DNA of 32,000 nt from Candidatus Electrothrix sp. GW3-4 (GCF_037902255.1 NZ_CP147990.1:510001-542000), one strand, 5' to 3'. Counted from the stretch's first letter, positions 14,304 to 23,883 are shown. Notes: generated by a model from the letters alone, not told the origin. Translations and numbers: made by a program.

Positions 14304-14843
14304 ATGTCACGAATTGGAAAAGAGCCGATTACACTCCCCAGTGGAGTGAAGGTTGAGATTGAGGGAACCCGCGTAAAGGTTACAGGCGCAAAGGGTGCTC
14401 TTGAGCGAGATTGTCGACCGGAAATAGAAATAGAGCAGAAAGAAGGTCAGATTTTCTTTGCGCCTAAAGGAAATAGCAAGCGTATTCGTTCGTTCTGGGG
14501 TATGACACGTACCCTGGTCAGGAATATGGTGCTGGGTGTGAATGAGGGGTTTGAAAAAAAACTGGTTGTTGAAGGTGTGGGATATCGTGCAAATGTGTCC
14601 GGTAAGACCCTTACCCTGAGCGTCGGCTATTCAAATCCGGTAGATTTTCCGCTTCCAGAGGGCATCTCAGCAGACGTTGATAAAAATAATCAGATTACTG
14701 TTGCCGGCATTGATAAAGAACTGGTTGGTCAGACCGCCGCTAAGATCAGAGATATACGGAAACCTGAGCCCTATAAGGGAAAAGGTATACGCTATATAGA
14801 TGAGCATATCGTGCGTAAGGTCGGAAAAGCCGGAGCAAAATAG
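14304..14843 (+). CDS. rplF: 50S ribosomal protein L6
   Basis: MSRIGKEPITLPSGVKV... and EPYKGKGIRY. 179 aa. Confidence 0.97.
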   Translation: MSRIGKEPITLPSGVKVEIEGTRVKVTGAKGALERDCRPEIEIEQKEGQIFFAPKGNSKRIRSFWGMTRTLVRNMVLGVNEGFEKKLVVEGVGYRANVSGKTLTLSVGYSNPVDFPLPEGISADVDKNNQITVAGIDKELVGQTAAKIRDIRKPEPYKGKGIRYIDEHIVRKVGKAGAK

Positions 14844-14869
14844 TTTAAGGATCAGGTGAAATAACCATC

Positions 14870-15235
14870 ATGGCAAAGCAAAGTGATAAGTTATCAGCTC
14901 GCTCAAAACGTATCCGAAGAATTCGCAAGAAGATCACCGGTACCTCTGAGCGCCCGAGAATGCGTGTTTTTCGCAGTAATCGACATATCTATGTGCAGAT
15001 AATTGATGATACCACGCAGAAGACCTTGGTATCAATGTCATCGGATGATAAGTCCTTTGACGGATCCGACATTAAAGGCAAAACGGAAAAGGCAGCCAAG
15101 GTTGGAGAGATTGTTGCACAACGGGCTATTGAGGCTGGAATAAAGAAGGTTGTTTTTGACCGTGGTGGTAATTTGTATCACGGTCGAGTTAAGGCCCTCT
15201 CAGATGGGGCACGCAAGGGCGGTTTAGTACTCTAA
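14870..15235 (+). CDS. rplR: 50S ribosomal protein L18
   Basis: RPRMRVFRSNRHIYVQIIDD and FDRGGNLYHGRVKAL..GAR.GGL. 121 aa. Confidence 0.97.
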   Translation: MAKQSDKLSARSKRIRRIRKKITGTSERPRMRVFRSNRHIYVQIIDDTTQKTLVSMSSDDKSFDGSDIKGKTEKAAKVGEIVAQRAIEAGIKKVVFDRGGNLYHGRVKALSDGARKGGLVL

Positions 15236-15303
15236 CCTGCCGGGTGTATTTACATATTTTTTTTAAATATTTCAGGTAATGGAAATTCCATTGGGGGTGC
15301 TAC

Positions 15304-15816
15304 TTGGCTGATTATAAGCGTGCCAAAGAAGGCAATCAGGACGAATTCATTGAGAAGATAGTCTATATTAACCGCGTCGCTAAGGTTGTAAAAGGTGGTC
15401 GTCGGTTTAGCTTCAGTGCTATAGTCGTTGTCGGTGACGGACAGGGAAAGGTCGGTTACGGACTTGGTAAAGCAAATCAGGTTCCTGAGGCTATTCGTAA
15501 AGGTGTTGAGAAGGCACGTAAGGATATGCAGAGAGTAGCATTGACTGATGTGTCCATCCCGCATTACATAGACGGTAAATTCAAATCCGGTAAGGTTATG
15601 CTGAAGCCTGCTTCTGATGGTACCGGAGTTATTGCAGGTGGAGCTGTGCGCGCCGTTCTTGAGGCTGCCGGAGTGCAGAATATCTTGACGAAATGTTTGG
15701 GCTCTAATAATCCTCACAATCTGGTGAAGGCAACTCTGAACGGTTTGAGAAGATTACGCTCAGCTGACGAGGTTGCCGCATTACGTGGTCTGGGCGTTGA
15801 CGAGGTTGTCAGCTAA
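15304..15816 (+). CDS. rpsE: 30S ribosomal protein S5
   Basis: TTG start after a [40 protein letters not shown] is S5-typical. 170 aa. Confidence 0.95.
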   Translation: MADYKRAKEGNQDEFIEKIVYINRVAKVVKGGRRFSFSAIVVVGDGQGKVGYGLGKANQVPEAIRKGVEKARKDMQRVALTDVSIPHYIDGKFKSGKVMLKPASDGTGVIAGGAVRAVLEAAGVQNILTKCLGSNNPHNLVKATLNGLRRLRSADEVAALRGLGVDEVVS

Positions 15817-15896
15817 AGATGATGGTATGTTGATGTGGACAAGGTGCTGCATCAATAATGAGTCAAAAGTGAGTTTAGGCAAACGTTGGTTGAATT

Positions 15897-16076
15897 ATGA
15901 GTGATACAGTAACAATAACCCAAGTAAAGAGCGGTATTGGGAGCACCAAAAAGATCCGCGCAACTTTGGTCGGCTTGGGTCTGACAAAAATGCATAAGAC
16001 TATCACCAGGAAAGACACTCCTGAGATCAGGGGAATGATTCATAAAGTTCAACACCTGATAAAGGTTGAGGAGTAG
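15897..16076 (+). CDS. rpmD: 50S ribosomal protein L30 (not in the ORF track, 59 aa)
   Basis: Manual translation gives [59 protein letters not shown]. This fits the L30 pattern (ITQ.RS.IG......TL.GLGL......V...DTP.IRGMI..V..LVKVEE) and the expected rpsE-rpmD-rplO position. Confidence 0.95.
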   Translation: MSDTVTITQVKSGIGSTKKIRATLVGLGLTKMHKTITRKDTPEIRGMIHKVQHLIKVEE

Positions 16077-16079
16077 AGC

Positions 16080-16520
16080 ATGCTGACCTTGAATAATCTT
16101 TCTCCAAATGAGGGAGCCCGCAAAGCAAAGAAGAGAGTAGGTCGGGGACCTGGAAGTGGTCTTGGGAAGACTGCTGGCCGCGGTCATAAGGGTGCTCGGT
16201 CTCGATCTGGATATACTGCAAAGCCTGGATTTGAAGGTGGTCAGATGCCGCTTCATAGGCGTTTGCCGAAACGTGGTTTCACTAATACCTTTAAGACCTC
16301 CTATAAGATTATTTCTTTATCTGATCTAGAGAGATTTGAAGATGGCGCCACCATTGATCGGCAGGCCCTGTTGGATGCAGGTCTGATCACAGAGCGTGAT
16401 ACTCTGGTTAAGGTCCTCGCTAATGGTGAAATCTCCAAAAAAGTTCAGGTCGAAGTTGATAAAGTCAGCCAAGGAGCCCAAGAAAAGATCATTGCGGCGG
16501 GCGGCACAGTAAAGGAATAA
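16080..16520 (+). CDS. rplO: 50S ribosomal protein L15
   Basis: [26 protein letters not shown]. 146 aa. Confidence 0.97.
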   Translation: MLTLNNLSPNEGARKAKKRVGRGPGSGLGKTAGRGHKGARSRSGYTAKPGFEGGQMPLHRRLPKRGFTNTFKTSYKIISLSDLERFEDGATIDRQALLDAGLITERDTLVKVLANGEISKKVQVEVDKVSQGAQEKIIAAGGTVKE

Positions 16521-16523
16521 GAT

Positions 16524-17828
16524 ATGAGCGGTCTTGCCAGTGCAGCAAATATACCTGAGCTCCGTAAAAGAGTGATTTTCACTCTTTTAATGCTGTTGGT
16601 ATATCGTATGGGCGTTCAGATACCGACACCCGGTATTAATGGAGAGGCTCTTGCGGCTTTTTTTGAGCAGTATTCTGGTACCCTGTTTGGCATGTTTAAC
16701 ATGTTTTCCGGTGGTGCTTTGGAAAACTTTTCCGTTTTTGCTCTGGGCATTATGCCCTATATCTCAGCCTCAATTATTATTCAGCTTCTGACGGTGGTTA
16801 TCCCACAGTTAGAGCAGTTGAATAAAGAGGGTGAGGCAGGGCGTCGCAAGATTACCCAGTATACACGCTACGGCACAGTAGGACTTGCCCTGATTCAGGG
16901 TTTTTTTATTGCCTCTGGTCTCGAGGCAATGTCTGCTCCTTCCGGCGTACCTATTGTCTTGGTGGGAGGTCTTCAGTTTAAACTGATGACGGTCCTGACC
17001 CTGACAGCTGGCACTTCTTTTATTATGTGGCTCGGTGAGCAGATGACTGAGCGGGGTATTGGCAACGGTATCTCTCTCATTATCTATGCAGGTATTATTG
17101 CCCGCATGCCAGCTGCTATTGGAAAATCCATCCAGATGGTCAGCTCCGGTGATATTCCGATTATCATAGTGCCGGTTATGCTTGCTATGATGTTTGGAGT
17201 TATTGCTGTGATTGTCTTCTTTGAAACGGCCCAGCGCAGAATTCCCATTCAGTATGCAAAACGGGTTGTGGGAAGAAAGGTCTATGGTGGGCAGGCCTCT
17301 CATTTGCCCCTGAAAATTAATATTTCAGGTGTGATACCGCCTATCTTTGCCTCCTCTATCATGATGTTTCCGGCAACGATCGGTTCTTTTATTCAGATAG
17401 ACTGGGTGCAGAAGGCGTCAGCATCGCTGAATCCAGGTACGATCTATTATTATATTCTTTATGTAGCAATGATCGTGTTCTTCTGCTTCTTCTATACAGC
17501 GGTAACCTTTAATCCTGATGAAGTTGCAGAGAATCTGAAGAAGAACGGGGGCTTTGTTCCCGGTATCAGGCCAGGGAAGAAATCAGCTGAGTTTATTGAT
17601 AAGGTACTTACCCGAATAACTGTTGTCGGTGCTCTTTACTTAGCAATTGTCTGTGTGCTTCCGACTATTTTAGTGAGCAATTTCAACGTACCTTTCTATT
17701 TTGGCGGAACGGCACTTTTGATCGTTGTTGGTGTGGCTATCGATACTATCTCTAAAATTGAATCCCATTTGGTTATGCGAAATTATGAGGGATTTATGAA
17801 GGCCGGTAAGATTAAAGGCAGGCGCTGA
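16524..17828 (+). CDS. secY: Preprotein translocase subunit SecY
   Basis: 434 aa, polytopic, with SecY signatures (LGIMPYISASIIIQLL, ISLIIYAGI). Canonical position after rplO. Confidence 0.97.
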   Translation: MSGLASAANIPELRKRVIFTLLMLLVYRMGVQIPTPGINGEALAAFFEQYSGTLFGMFNMFSGGALENFSVFALGIMPYISASIIIQLLTVVIPQLEQLNKEGEAGRRKITQYTRYGTVGLALIQGFFIASGLEAMSAPSGVPIVLVGGLQFKLMTVLTLTAGTSFIMWLGEQMTERGIGNGISLIIYAGIIARMPAAIGKSIQMVSSGDIPIIIVPVMLAMMFGVIAVIVFFETAQRRIPIQYAKRVVGRKVYGGQASHLPLKINISGVIPPIFASSIMMFPATIGSFIQIDWVQKASASLNPGTIYYYILYVAMIVFFCFFYTAVTFNPDEVAENLKKNGGFVPGIRPGKKSAEFIDKVLTRITVVGALYLAIVCVLPTILVSNFNVPFYFGGTALLIVVGVAIDTISKIESHLVMRNYEGFMKAGKIKGRR

Positions 17829-17835
17829 GGCTTGA

Positions 17836-18621
17836 GTGGCAGCTGATAACGAGAAAAGCATCATCGTCAAGACTTCTGCTGAGATTGAGGTCATGCGTCA
17901 GGCAAATGGTATCGTCGCTGGCGTCTTGGAGATGTTGCAAAAGGAAATGCGCCCAGGCCTGACGACCCGTCAGATGGACCGTTGGGCGCATGAGTATTGT
18001 CGGGACTGCGGTGCAGAACCTGCTTTTCTTGGTTATAGAGGGTACCCGGCGAGTCTCTGCGTTTCCATTAATGAACAGATTGTCCACGGTATTCCTTCCA
18101 AAAAAGTGAAGGTGCATGAGGGAGATATTGTTTCTGTTGATTTTGGTGTGATCTATAATGGTTTTTATGGGGATTCAGCCATAACTATACCTGTGGGGAA
18201 ACTGACAGCTCGCAAGGACCGCCTGCTTCAGATAACTCAGGAAGCCCTGGAGCGGGGAATAAAGCAGGTGCAGGTTGGAAAGAGAATTTCCGATGTTTCT
18301 GCAGCTATTCAAAACCATGCAGAGAACAACGGTTTTTCCGTAGTCCGTCAATTTGTCGGACATGGAATAGGGGCCAGTCTTCATGAGGCCCCTGAAGTCC
18401 CTAATTACCTCCAGGCGGCCCAGCCTTCCCCAAGGATTGTTGAAGGAATGGTTCTTGCTATTGAGCCTATGGTCAATGTAGGCACTGCCAAGGTCAAGGT
18501 CTTGAAGGATGGCTGGACAGTGATTACAGCGGATAAAAAGCCGTCTGCCCATTTTGAGCACTCTGTTGCTGCTACAGCAGAAGGCCCCCTTGTTTTGAGT
18601 AGAAGAAAAGAAGAACTGTAA
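17836..18621 (+). CDS. map: Type I methionine aminopeptidase
   Basis: GTG start. Metal-ligand motifs are present (VHGIPS, DFGV...GFYGDSA, GHGIG..LHE.P, LAIEPM, EH). 261 aa. Confidence 0.95.
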   Translation: MAADNEKSIIVKTSAEIEVMRQANGIVAGVLEMLQKEMRPGLTTRQMDRWAHEYCRDCGAEPAFLGYRGYPASLCVSINEQIVHGIPSKKVKVHEGDIVSVDFGVIYNGFYGDSAITIPVGKLTARKDRLLQITQEALERGIKQVQVGKRISDVSAAIQNHAENNGFSVVRQFVGHGIGASLHEAPEVPNYLQAAQPSPRIVEGMVLAIEPMVNVGTAKVKVLKDGWTVITADKKPSAHFEHSVAATAEGPLVLSRRKEEL

Positions 18622-18650
18622 TCAATCGATAATATTGATGAGTTTTCGTT

Positions 18651-18674
18651 GAACCCCTACGGGTTCTTTTTTTT
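18651..18674 (+). terminator. Rho-independent terminator after map
   Basis: GAACCC-CTAC-GGGTTC hairpin (18651-18666) followed by eight T (18667-18674). Confidence 0.7.
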
Positions 18675-18696
18675 ATGCAAATCAGGTGAAAACTGG

Positions 18697-18724
18697 TTGT
18701 AAAAAAAACTTTTTTATATATAAT
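18697..18724 (+). promoter_or_regulatory. Sigma70-like promoter upstream of infA (TTGTAA-16 nt-TATAAT)
   Basis: TTGTAA at 18697-18702, a 16-nt A/T-rich spacer, and TATAAT at 18719-18724. It is about 45 nt upstream of the infA ATG. Confidence 0.55.
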
Positions 18725-18768
18725 AACCTTTTTTTATTTTTTATCGAGAATAAAACTGGATGGGAACT

Positions 18769-19008
18769 ATGGCCAAAGAAGAAGCCATTGAAGTTGAAGG
18801 AACTATAATTGAGCCTTTACCCAACGCGATGTTTCGTGTTGAACTTGATAACGGGCATAAGGTTCTGGCGCATATTTCCGGGAAGATGCGCATGCATTAT
18901 ATTAAAATTCTGCCGGGTGATAGAGTGACTGTGGAGTTGTCACCCTATGATCTGACAAGAGGGCGTGTCACTTTCCGCTCAAAAGGCGGCGGGAAAGGGA
19001 AGCGCTGA
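18769..19008 (+). CDS. infA: Translation initiation factor IF-1
   Basis: [71 protein letters not shown] is IF-1-like. The track start at 18760 adds MGT. The C-terminus has a short GGGKGKR tail. Confidence 0.95.
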   Translation: MAKEEAIEVEGTIIEPLPNAMFRVELDNGHKVLAHISGKMRMHYIKILPGDRVTVELSPYDLTRGRVTFRSKGGGKGKR

Positions 19009-19036
19009 ACCAAACAAGTCAGCAAGGAACAGAGAA

Positions 19037-19150
19037 ATGAAAGTACGAGCATCTGTTAAGAAAATGTGCAGCGACTGTAAGATCCTTAAACGAAAGGGTG
19101 TGGTTCGGGTAAACTGCAAAAATTCAAAGCATAAGCAGCGTCAGGGTTAA
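19037..19150 (+). CDS. rpmJ: 50S ribosomal protein L36 (37 aa; in the track only as the tail of a longer spurious ORF)
   Basis: [37 protein letters not shown] matches the L36 pattern, including the Zn-ribbon Cys/His residues. Confidence 0.95.
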   Translation: MKVRASVKKMCSDCKILKRKGVVRVNCKNSKHKQRQG

Positions 19151-19186
19151 CCTGCATAATGTAGCTTTTTTTAAAGGAGTAAAGTT

Positions 19187-19555
19187 TTGGCACGATTATC
19201 AGGTGTAGATTTACCGCGCAATAAGCATATGGACAGGGCGCTTACCTATATTTACGGTATAGGCCTCACGACTGCTCGCGCTATTTTGGATAAGGCCGAT
19301 CTTCCGTATCAGATGAATTCTGATGATCTGAGCGGCGATGACGTGACACGTATCCGGAAGATCATTGAAGCCGACTATGTCGTTGAAGGTGATCGTCGAC
19401 GTGAAGTGGCGATGGATATCAAACGCCATATTGATCTCGGTACCTACCGGGGGCGCCGTCATCGTATGAGTCTTCCCTGTCGTGGGCAACGGACAAAGAC
19501 CAATGCCAGGACCCGGAAAGGGCCCAAGCGCGGCGCAGCAGTACGTAAGAAATAA
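19187..19555 (+). CDS. rpsM: 30S ribosomal protein S13
   Basis: TTG start after an AAAGGAG RBS. MARLSGVDLPRNK....ALTYIYGIG and YRG.RHR..LP.RGQRTKTNART. 122 aa. Confidence 0.96.
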   Translation: MARLSGVDLPRNKHMDRALTYIYGIGLTTARAILDKADLPYQMNSDDLSGDDVTRIRKIIEADYVVEGDRRREVAMDIKRHIDLGTYRGRRHRMSLPCRGQRTKTNARTRKGPKRGAAVRKK

Positions 19556-19620
19556 GATTGTCAACACGCTTTTACTGCCGGTGAAAGTGCTATTCAGAGA
19601 CGGAGCTATACGGAGCGGAT

Positions 19621-20019
19621 ATGGCGAAAGGGAAAAAAGGCGCAGTGCGAACAAAGCGTCGTGAAAAGAAAAATGTTCCTGAGGGAATTATTTTTATTTA
19701 TTCAACGTTTAATAACACAGTAATAACCATTTCGGACAAGCTGGGTAATGTTGTCTCCTGGTCCAGTGCTGGTGTTATAGGCTTTAAGGGGTCTCGGAAG
19801 TCTACCCCCTTTGCAGCCCAGAACGCGTTGAGTGATGCGGTGGCGAAAGCAAAAGAAAACGGTCTGCGCAGAGTTGAGATTCGTGTGAAAGGACCAGGGC
19901 CTGGCCGTGAGGCTGCCCTGCGTGCTTTGACCGGAACTGACCTGGAAGTGTCAAAGATCGTTGACGTGACACCGATACCGCATAACGGCTGTAAGCCCCC
20001 TAAACGTAGGCGGGTTTGA
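19621..20019 (+). CDS. rpsK: 30S ribosomal protein S11
   Basis: G...I.STFNNT.ITI.D..GN...[19 protein letters not shown] and [17 protein letters not shown]. 132 aa. Confidence 0.97.
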   Translation: MAKGKKGAVRTKRREKKNVPEGIIFIYSTFNNTVITISDKLGNVVSWSSAGVIGFKGSRKSTPFAAQNALSDAVAKAKENGLRRVEIRVKGPGPGREAALRALTGTDLEVSKIVDVTPIPHNGCKPPKRRRV

Positions 20020-20109
20020 GCACTAGCTCGTTTTTTTTTGTACGGTCGCTGCCAGCTATTGAGGCTGACCGCAGTGTAAAACCGATACCGATAATTGATG
20101 GAGGAATAA

Positions 20110-20739
20110 GTGGCCAGATATACAGGAGCTTCCTGCCGGACGTGCAGACGGGAAAATCTTAAATTGTTTTTGAAAGGCGAGAGATGTTACTCGGATAAGT
20201 GCTCATTTGAGCGGCGCGCCTATGCGCCCGGACAGCACGGGCAGAATCGTTTTCGCAAGGTCTCCGACTATGCATTGCAGCTGCGTGAGAAGCAGAAGGT
20301 GAAGCATATGTATGGAATGCTTGAGAAGCAGTTCCGTCGTTATTTCTATCTGGCAGACCATGCCAAGGGTGTTACTGGTCTGAATCTTCTGTCAATGTTA
20401 GAGCGCCGTCTCGATAATGTTATTTATCGTTTAGGATTCGCTGGTTCCAGAGATCAGGCACGCCAATTTGTTCGCCATAATCATTTTTTGATCAACGGCA
20501 AAAAGGTAAATATTCCCTCCTTGCAGGTGAAACCAGGTGATGTTATTAGCCTGAAGGAAAAAAGCCGCAAGAACGCTTTTGTCACAGAAAGTCTTGAGGC
20601 CGTTGCTCGCCGTGGTGTGCCCAGCTGGTTGGAGCTGGATAAAGGGAACTTTCAGGGGACAGTGAAGGCTATGCCTAATCGGGAAGAGATCACCATGCCG
20701 ATTAATGAACAGCTTATAGTCGAGCTGTACTCCAAGTAA
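20110..20739 (+). CDS. rpsD: 30S ribosomal protein S4
   Basis: GTG start after [31 protein letters not shown] and an S4 RNA-binding domain ([21 protein letters not shown]). 209 aa. Confidence 0.96.
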   Translation: MARYTGASCRTCRRENLKLFLKGERCYSDKCSFERRAYAPGQHGQNRFRKVSDYALQLREKQKVKHMYGMLEKQFRRYFYLADHAKGVTGLNLLSMLERRLDNVIYRLGFAGSRDQARQFVRHNHFLINGKKVNIPSLQVKPGDVISLKEKSRKNAFVTESLEAVARRGVPSWLELDKGNFQGTVKAMPNREEITMPINEQLIVELYSK

Positions 20740-20757
20740 TACAAGGTCAGGTATTTC

Positions 20758-21804
20758 ATGGAACAGGAAATTCGGGATGATAATCCCTTTTACAAGAACT
20801 GGCATGACCTTGTTGCCCCGGAACGTCTGGAGGTTACCAGGGATAGCCATACAGAGAGGTATGGCAAGTTTATCTGCCAGCCCTTAGAACGCGGCTTTGC
20901 AGCGACCATAGGGAATTCTTTACGCAGGATTCTCCTCTCCTCTATCAGAGGTGCTGCAATTACATCCGTCCGGATTGAGGGAGCTGATCATGAGTTTACC
21001 ACAATTGACGGAGTGCATGAAGACGTCGCTGATATTATTCTGAACCTGAAACAGGTTCAGTTGAAACTCAACTCTCCTGAGACACGAACGGTCATTATTG
21101 AGAAAAGTGAGACAGGAGTGGTGACCGCCGGTGATATTGACGGTGGAGAAAAGGTTGAGGTGATGAATCCAGAGCAGCCGATCTGTACGGTGACTGGAGA
21201 AAATACCACCTTTCGTGCCGAGCTTGAGGTCCAGTGGGGCAAGGGCTATGTACCTGCCGAGTGGAATAAAAAGGAAAGTCGCCCTATTGGTGTGATTCCT
21301 ATTGATGCAGCTTTTTCACCGGTACGCCGTATTCAGTATGTGGTGAGCCAGGCTCGTGTTGGCCAACGGACAGACTATGACCGCCTCACAATAGAGATTG
21401 AGACAGATGGCTCTGTTTTTCCTGAGAATGCCCTTGCCTATGCGGCCAAGATTCTCAAAGAGCAGATGACGATCTTTATCAATTTTAATGAGCAGGAGGC
21501 AGTTGCTCCTGAACGAGCGGATGGAGATGGTGATGGGCAGGATTTTCCTGATTTCCTTGATAAGAATGTTGAGGATCTTGAACTCTCTGTCCGTTCTGCA
21601 AATTGTCTGAAGAACGCCAATATACAGTATATCGGTCAATTGGTACAAAAAACCGACGCTGAAATGCTGAAAACGAAAAACTTTGGTCGTAAATCACTGA
21701 ATGAGATTAAAGCGCTCCTCTCCCAGCATGACCTGACCCTTAATATGTCCCACGAGGGCTGGGTTCCGCCCTGTGAACGAGAGGACGCTGACAGCGAAGG
21801 CTAA
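20758..21804 (+). CDS. rpoA: DNA-directed RNA polymerase alpha subunit
   Basis: GNSLRRILLSSI.GAA and the C-terminal domain LELSVRSANCLKNANI.YIGQLV. 348 aa. Confidence 0.97.
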   Translation: MEQEIRDDNPFYKNWHDLVAPERLEVTRDSHTERYGKFICQPLERGFAATIGNSLRRILLSSIRGAAITSVRIEGADHEFTTIDGVHEDVADIILNLKQVQLKLNSPETRTVIIEKSETGVVTAGDIDGGEKVEVMNPEQPICTVTGENTTFRAELEVQWGKGYVPAEWNKKESRPIGVIPIDAAFSPVRRIQYVVSQARVGQRTDYDRLTIEIETDGSVFPENALAYAAKILKEQMTIFINFNEQEAVAPERADGDGDGQDFPDFLDKNVEDLELSVRSANCLKNANIQYIGQLVQKTDAEMLKTKNFGRKSLNEIKALLSQHDLTLNMSHEGWVPPCEREDADSEG

Positions 21805-21859
21805 TGAGCCCTTTCGTCTTGATCAGATAACCTGATTTACCGATTTTGAGGATAGAATA

Positions 21860-22243
21860 ATGAGACATAAAAAAGCCGGTAGAAAACTGAACAGGAGCGC
21901 CTCACATCGTTCAGCAATGATGCGGAATATCGTCACCTCACTGCTTGAGCATGAGCGGATTTCCACGACAGTGCCCAAGGCCAAAGAGGCCCGTCGCGTC
22001 GCGGAAAAGATGATCACCTTGGGAAAACGTGGTGATCTGCACGCTCGTCGGCAGGCAATGACCTATATCCGTTCAAAGGATATTGTGGCAAAACTCTTTG
22101 AAAAACTCAGTGAGCAGTATGCTGACCGTCAGGGTGGCTACACCCGCATTATTCGTACCGGAGTTCGCTCTGGCGATGCCGCACCTATGGCCATCATTGA
22201 GCTGGTGGGCTATGAGGAAGCTGCTGTACAGGAAGCAGAGTAA
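21860..22243 (+). CDS. rplQ: 50S ribosomal protein L17
   Basis: [22 protein letters not shown]...[22 protein letters not shown]. 127 aa. Confidence 0.97.
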   Translation: MRHKKAGRKLNRSASHRSAMMRNIVTSLLEHERISTTVPKAKEARRVAEKMITLGKRGDLHARRQAMTYIRSKDIVAKLFEKLSEQYADRQGGYTRIIRTGVRSGDAAPMAIIELVGYEEAAVQEAE

Positions 22244-22329
22244 AAGCTGAAGACAGAGTGTTACCCCGTTGAATGAAAGAGGTACAGCGTAACCTTTCTG
22301 TATCTTTCCTGTAACGGAAGGACGTATTG

Positions 22330-22367
22330 AGCCGGAATGATGATTATCATCATTCCGGCTTTTTTTA
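22330..22367 (+). terminator. Strong rho-independent terminator closing the alpha operon
   Basis: AGCCGGAATGATGA-TTA-TCATCATTCCGGCT gives a perfect 14-bp stem. Seven T follow (22360-22367 includes the closing T). Confidence 0.85.
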
Positions 22368-22379
22368 TGTGAAAAAAGG

Positions 22380-22447
22380 AAAAAGGGGACAGATTTTTTC
22401 TTTTCAAATGACCCATTTTGTTACCAAAGGAAATCTGTCCCCTTTTT
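22380..22447. repeat. Long-range perfect inverted repeat (16-17 bp arms, ~34-nt spacer) just upstream of the ykgJ-like gene
   Basis: The left arm AAAAGGGGACAGATTT (22381-22396) is the exact reverse complement of AAATCTGTCCCCTTTT (22431-22446). A22380/T22447 extend the pairing. Confidence 0.8.
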
Positions 22448-22461
22448 CAGTGGAGAACCGT

Positions 22462-23223
22462 ATGACCAGTGAAAAAAGCACAGTAACAGGGCCTGAAATT
22501 CAGACTATCCCCTTGCAAAACGACAAGGCATCATTTCAGTTTCGTTGCCATCCTGGCGTGAGCTGCTATCTCAATTGCTGTCATAAGCTAGAGTTGCGTC
22601 TCTATCCTTATGATATTCTTTGCCTGAAGAACAAGCTTGGCTGTAGCGCCGGTGAGTTCTTAGAGCGCTATACCCGCCTGGGAGCTGGTGCGCATCCCTA
22701 TTTTCCGGCAGTCATGCTCAACATGGTGGAGAGCGATGAGGCACCCTGTCCTTTTCTCACCGACAAGGGGTGTTCGGTTTATGCGGATCGTCCTTCTGCC
22801 TGCCGAACCTATCCCTTAGAACGAGGGGTTGAAAAAGCCGGGCCAAATGCACCATTGAAAAGCCATTATTCGGTTGTCCATCACTCCTATTGCAAGGGCC
22901 ATGAAGAGGAGAATACGTATACGGTTCGCCAATGGAAACGTGAGCAGCGGTTGGATTCCTTTAATCTGATGAACGATCTCTGGGCAGAGGTTGATGCCTT
23001 TCTTGCCAGCGACCCCTGGATGGGAGAGGGGCATGCAGGCCCACGCCAGCAATTGGCCTTTATGGTCTGCTATAATATTGATGCCTTTCGGGCCTACTGC
23101 AATGAGAATCAGCTGACCAGGCGCTTGAAGGTGAATCGCGAGCTGCGGAGGCGTATAGAACGGGATGATGCGGAGTTATTGAAATTCGGCTTTGACTGGT
23201 TACGGCAGGTTCTGAAAACATGA
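22462..23223 (+). CDS. YkgJ-family (UPF0153, CxxCxxCC) zinc/iron-chelating cysteine-cluster protein
   Basis: Cys-cluster motifs: CHPGVSCYLNCCH and CPFL..KGCSVYADRPSACRTYP. I start at the ATG at 22462 (GGAGA RBS 5 nt upstream). The track start at 22327 would read through the rplQ terminator hairpin. Confidence 0.8.
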   Translation: MTSEKSTVTGPEIQTIPLQNDKASFQFRCHPGVSCYLNCCHKLELRLYPYDILCLKNKLGCSAGEFLERYTRLGAGAHPYFPAVMLNMVESDEAPCPFLTDKGCSVYADRPSACRTYPLERGVEKAGPNAPLKSHYSVVHHSYCKGHEEENTYTVRQWKREQRLDSFNLMNDLWAEVDAFLASDPWMGEGHAGPRQQLAFMVCYNIDAFRAYCNENQLTRRLKVNRELRRRIERDDAELLKFGFDWLRQVLKT

Positions 23224-23233
23224 CGTATTTCGT

Positions 23234-23294
23234 AAGGGCGAACCTATGTGTTCGCCCTTATTGGGTTTTACTGGGCAGACACGCAGGTCTGCCC
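23234..23294. terminator. Two GC-rich hairpins between convergent genes (likely bidirectional termination)
   Basis: AAGGGCGAAC-CTATGT-GTTCGCCCTT (23234-23259, 10-bp stem) and GGGCAGAC-ACGCAG-GTCTGCCC (23273-23294, 8-bp stem). The first is followed by ATTGGGTTTTA. Confidence 0.6.
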
Positions 23295-23317
23295 CTACCG
23301 CAGTTTGTACACCTCCC

Positions 23318-23644
23318 CTATTTCTTTTGCCACTTCCCCCCGACCTTGACATACTGCCCAGCCGGAGTTTTTTCCATTGCCTTCTGACCAGCTAATTTCT
23401 CTACGGCACTGAGAGGCGTTTTGTTCTTCTTCGCAATCTGCTGATAATGCGCTTTACGCTTCGCATTGATATCCTTGATTAGTTGCTGAGCATCTGGGCT
23501 GGCTTTGACAACATCCAGGTAGCCGGTAGGGGTTTCACCGACAAGCCCTTGGGCCTTGGCGGCCTGGAGATCCAAGGCAAAAACCGGCTGACAGAGCAGC
23601 AGGGTGAAAAGGCAGAAAAGCAACAGCGTGATTGTGTTTTTCAT
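23318..23644 (-). CDS. ydbL: YdbL-family periplasmic protein (DUF1318)
   Basis: Signal peptide, then LDLQAAKAQGLVGETPTGYL...INAKRKAHYQQIAKKN...L..VEKLAGQK. This is the YdbL pattern. It is the last gene of a ydbH-ynbE-ydbL arrangement. Confidence 0.85.
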   Translation of the reverse strand: MKNTITLLLFCLFTLLLCQPVFALDLQAAKAQGLVGETPTGYLDVVKASPDAQQLIKDINAKRKAHYQQIAKKNKTPLSAVEKLAGQKAMEKTPAGQYVKVGGKWQKK

Positions 23645-23688
23645 GATGTTTCTCCTGTGAAAGACATGTGCGCAGTAACGGTGGCTGC

Positions 23689-23883
23689 TTAGAACAGTCC
23701 TTTTTCTTCTTTGAAGAGATTATCCAGTTCTTTATCCACCTTGACCAGGATCTCGTGTTGTATTTTTACGTTGAGGTTGATGGTAATGGGTTCAGAAGGC
23801 GCGGCAACCTCCACCTTGGGGGTGCAGGCAAAAAGAAACAGGGAAAGGATTCCGAGCAAACAAGGAATCAGCAGCTTGGTCAT
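23689..23883 (-). CDS. ynbE: YnbE-family small lipoprotein
   Basis: 64 aa. Lipobox LFAC followed by TPKVEVAAPSEPITINLNVKIQHEILVKVDKELD, typical of YnbE. Confidence 0.85.
   Translation of the reverse strand: MTKLLIPCLLGILSLFLFACTPKVEVAAPSEPITINLNVKIQHEILVKVDKELDNLFKEEKGLF

Noticed and set aside
18965-19150. 61-aa track ORF overlapping the infA 3' end
   Set aside because: Only its last 37 codons, from the ATG at 19037, correspond to L36. The upstream part is out-of-frame read-through of infA.
22327-22461. N-terminal extension of the ykgJ-like ORF (track start at 22327)
   Set aside because: It would be translated through the rplQ terminator hairpin (MSRNDDYHHSGFF is the hairpin itself) and through the long inverted repeat. 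The ATG at 22462 has a GGAGA RBS.
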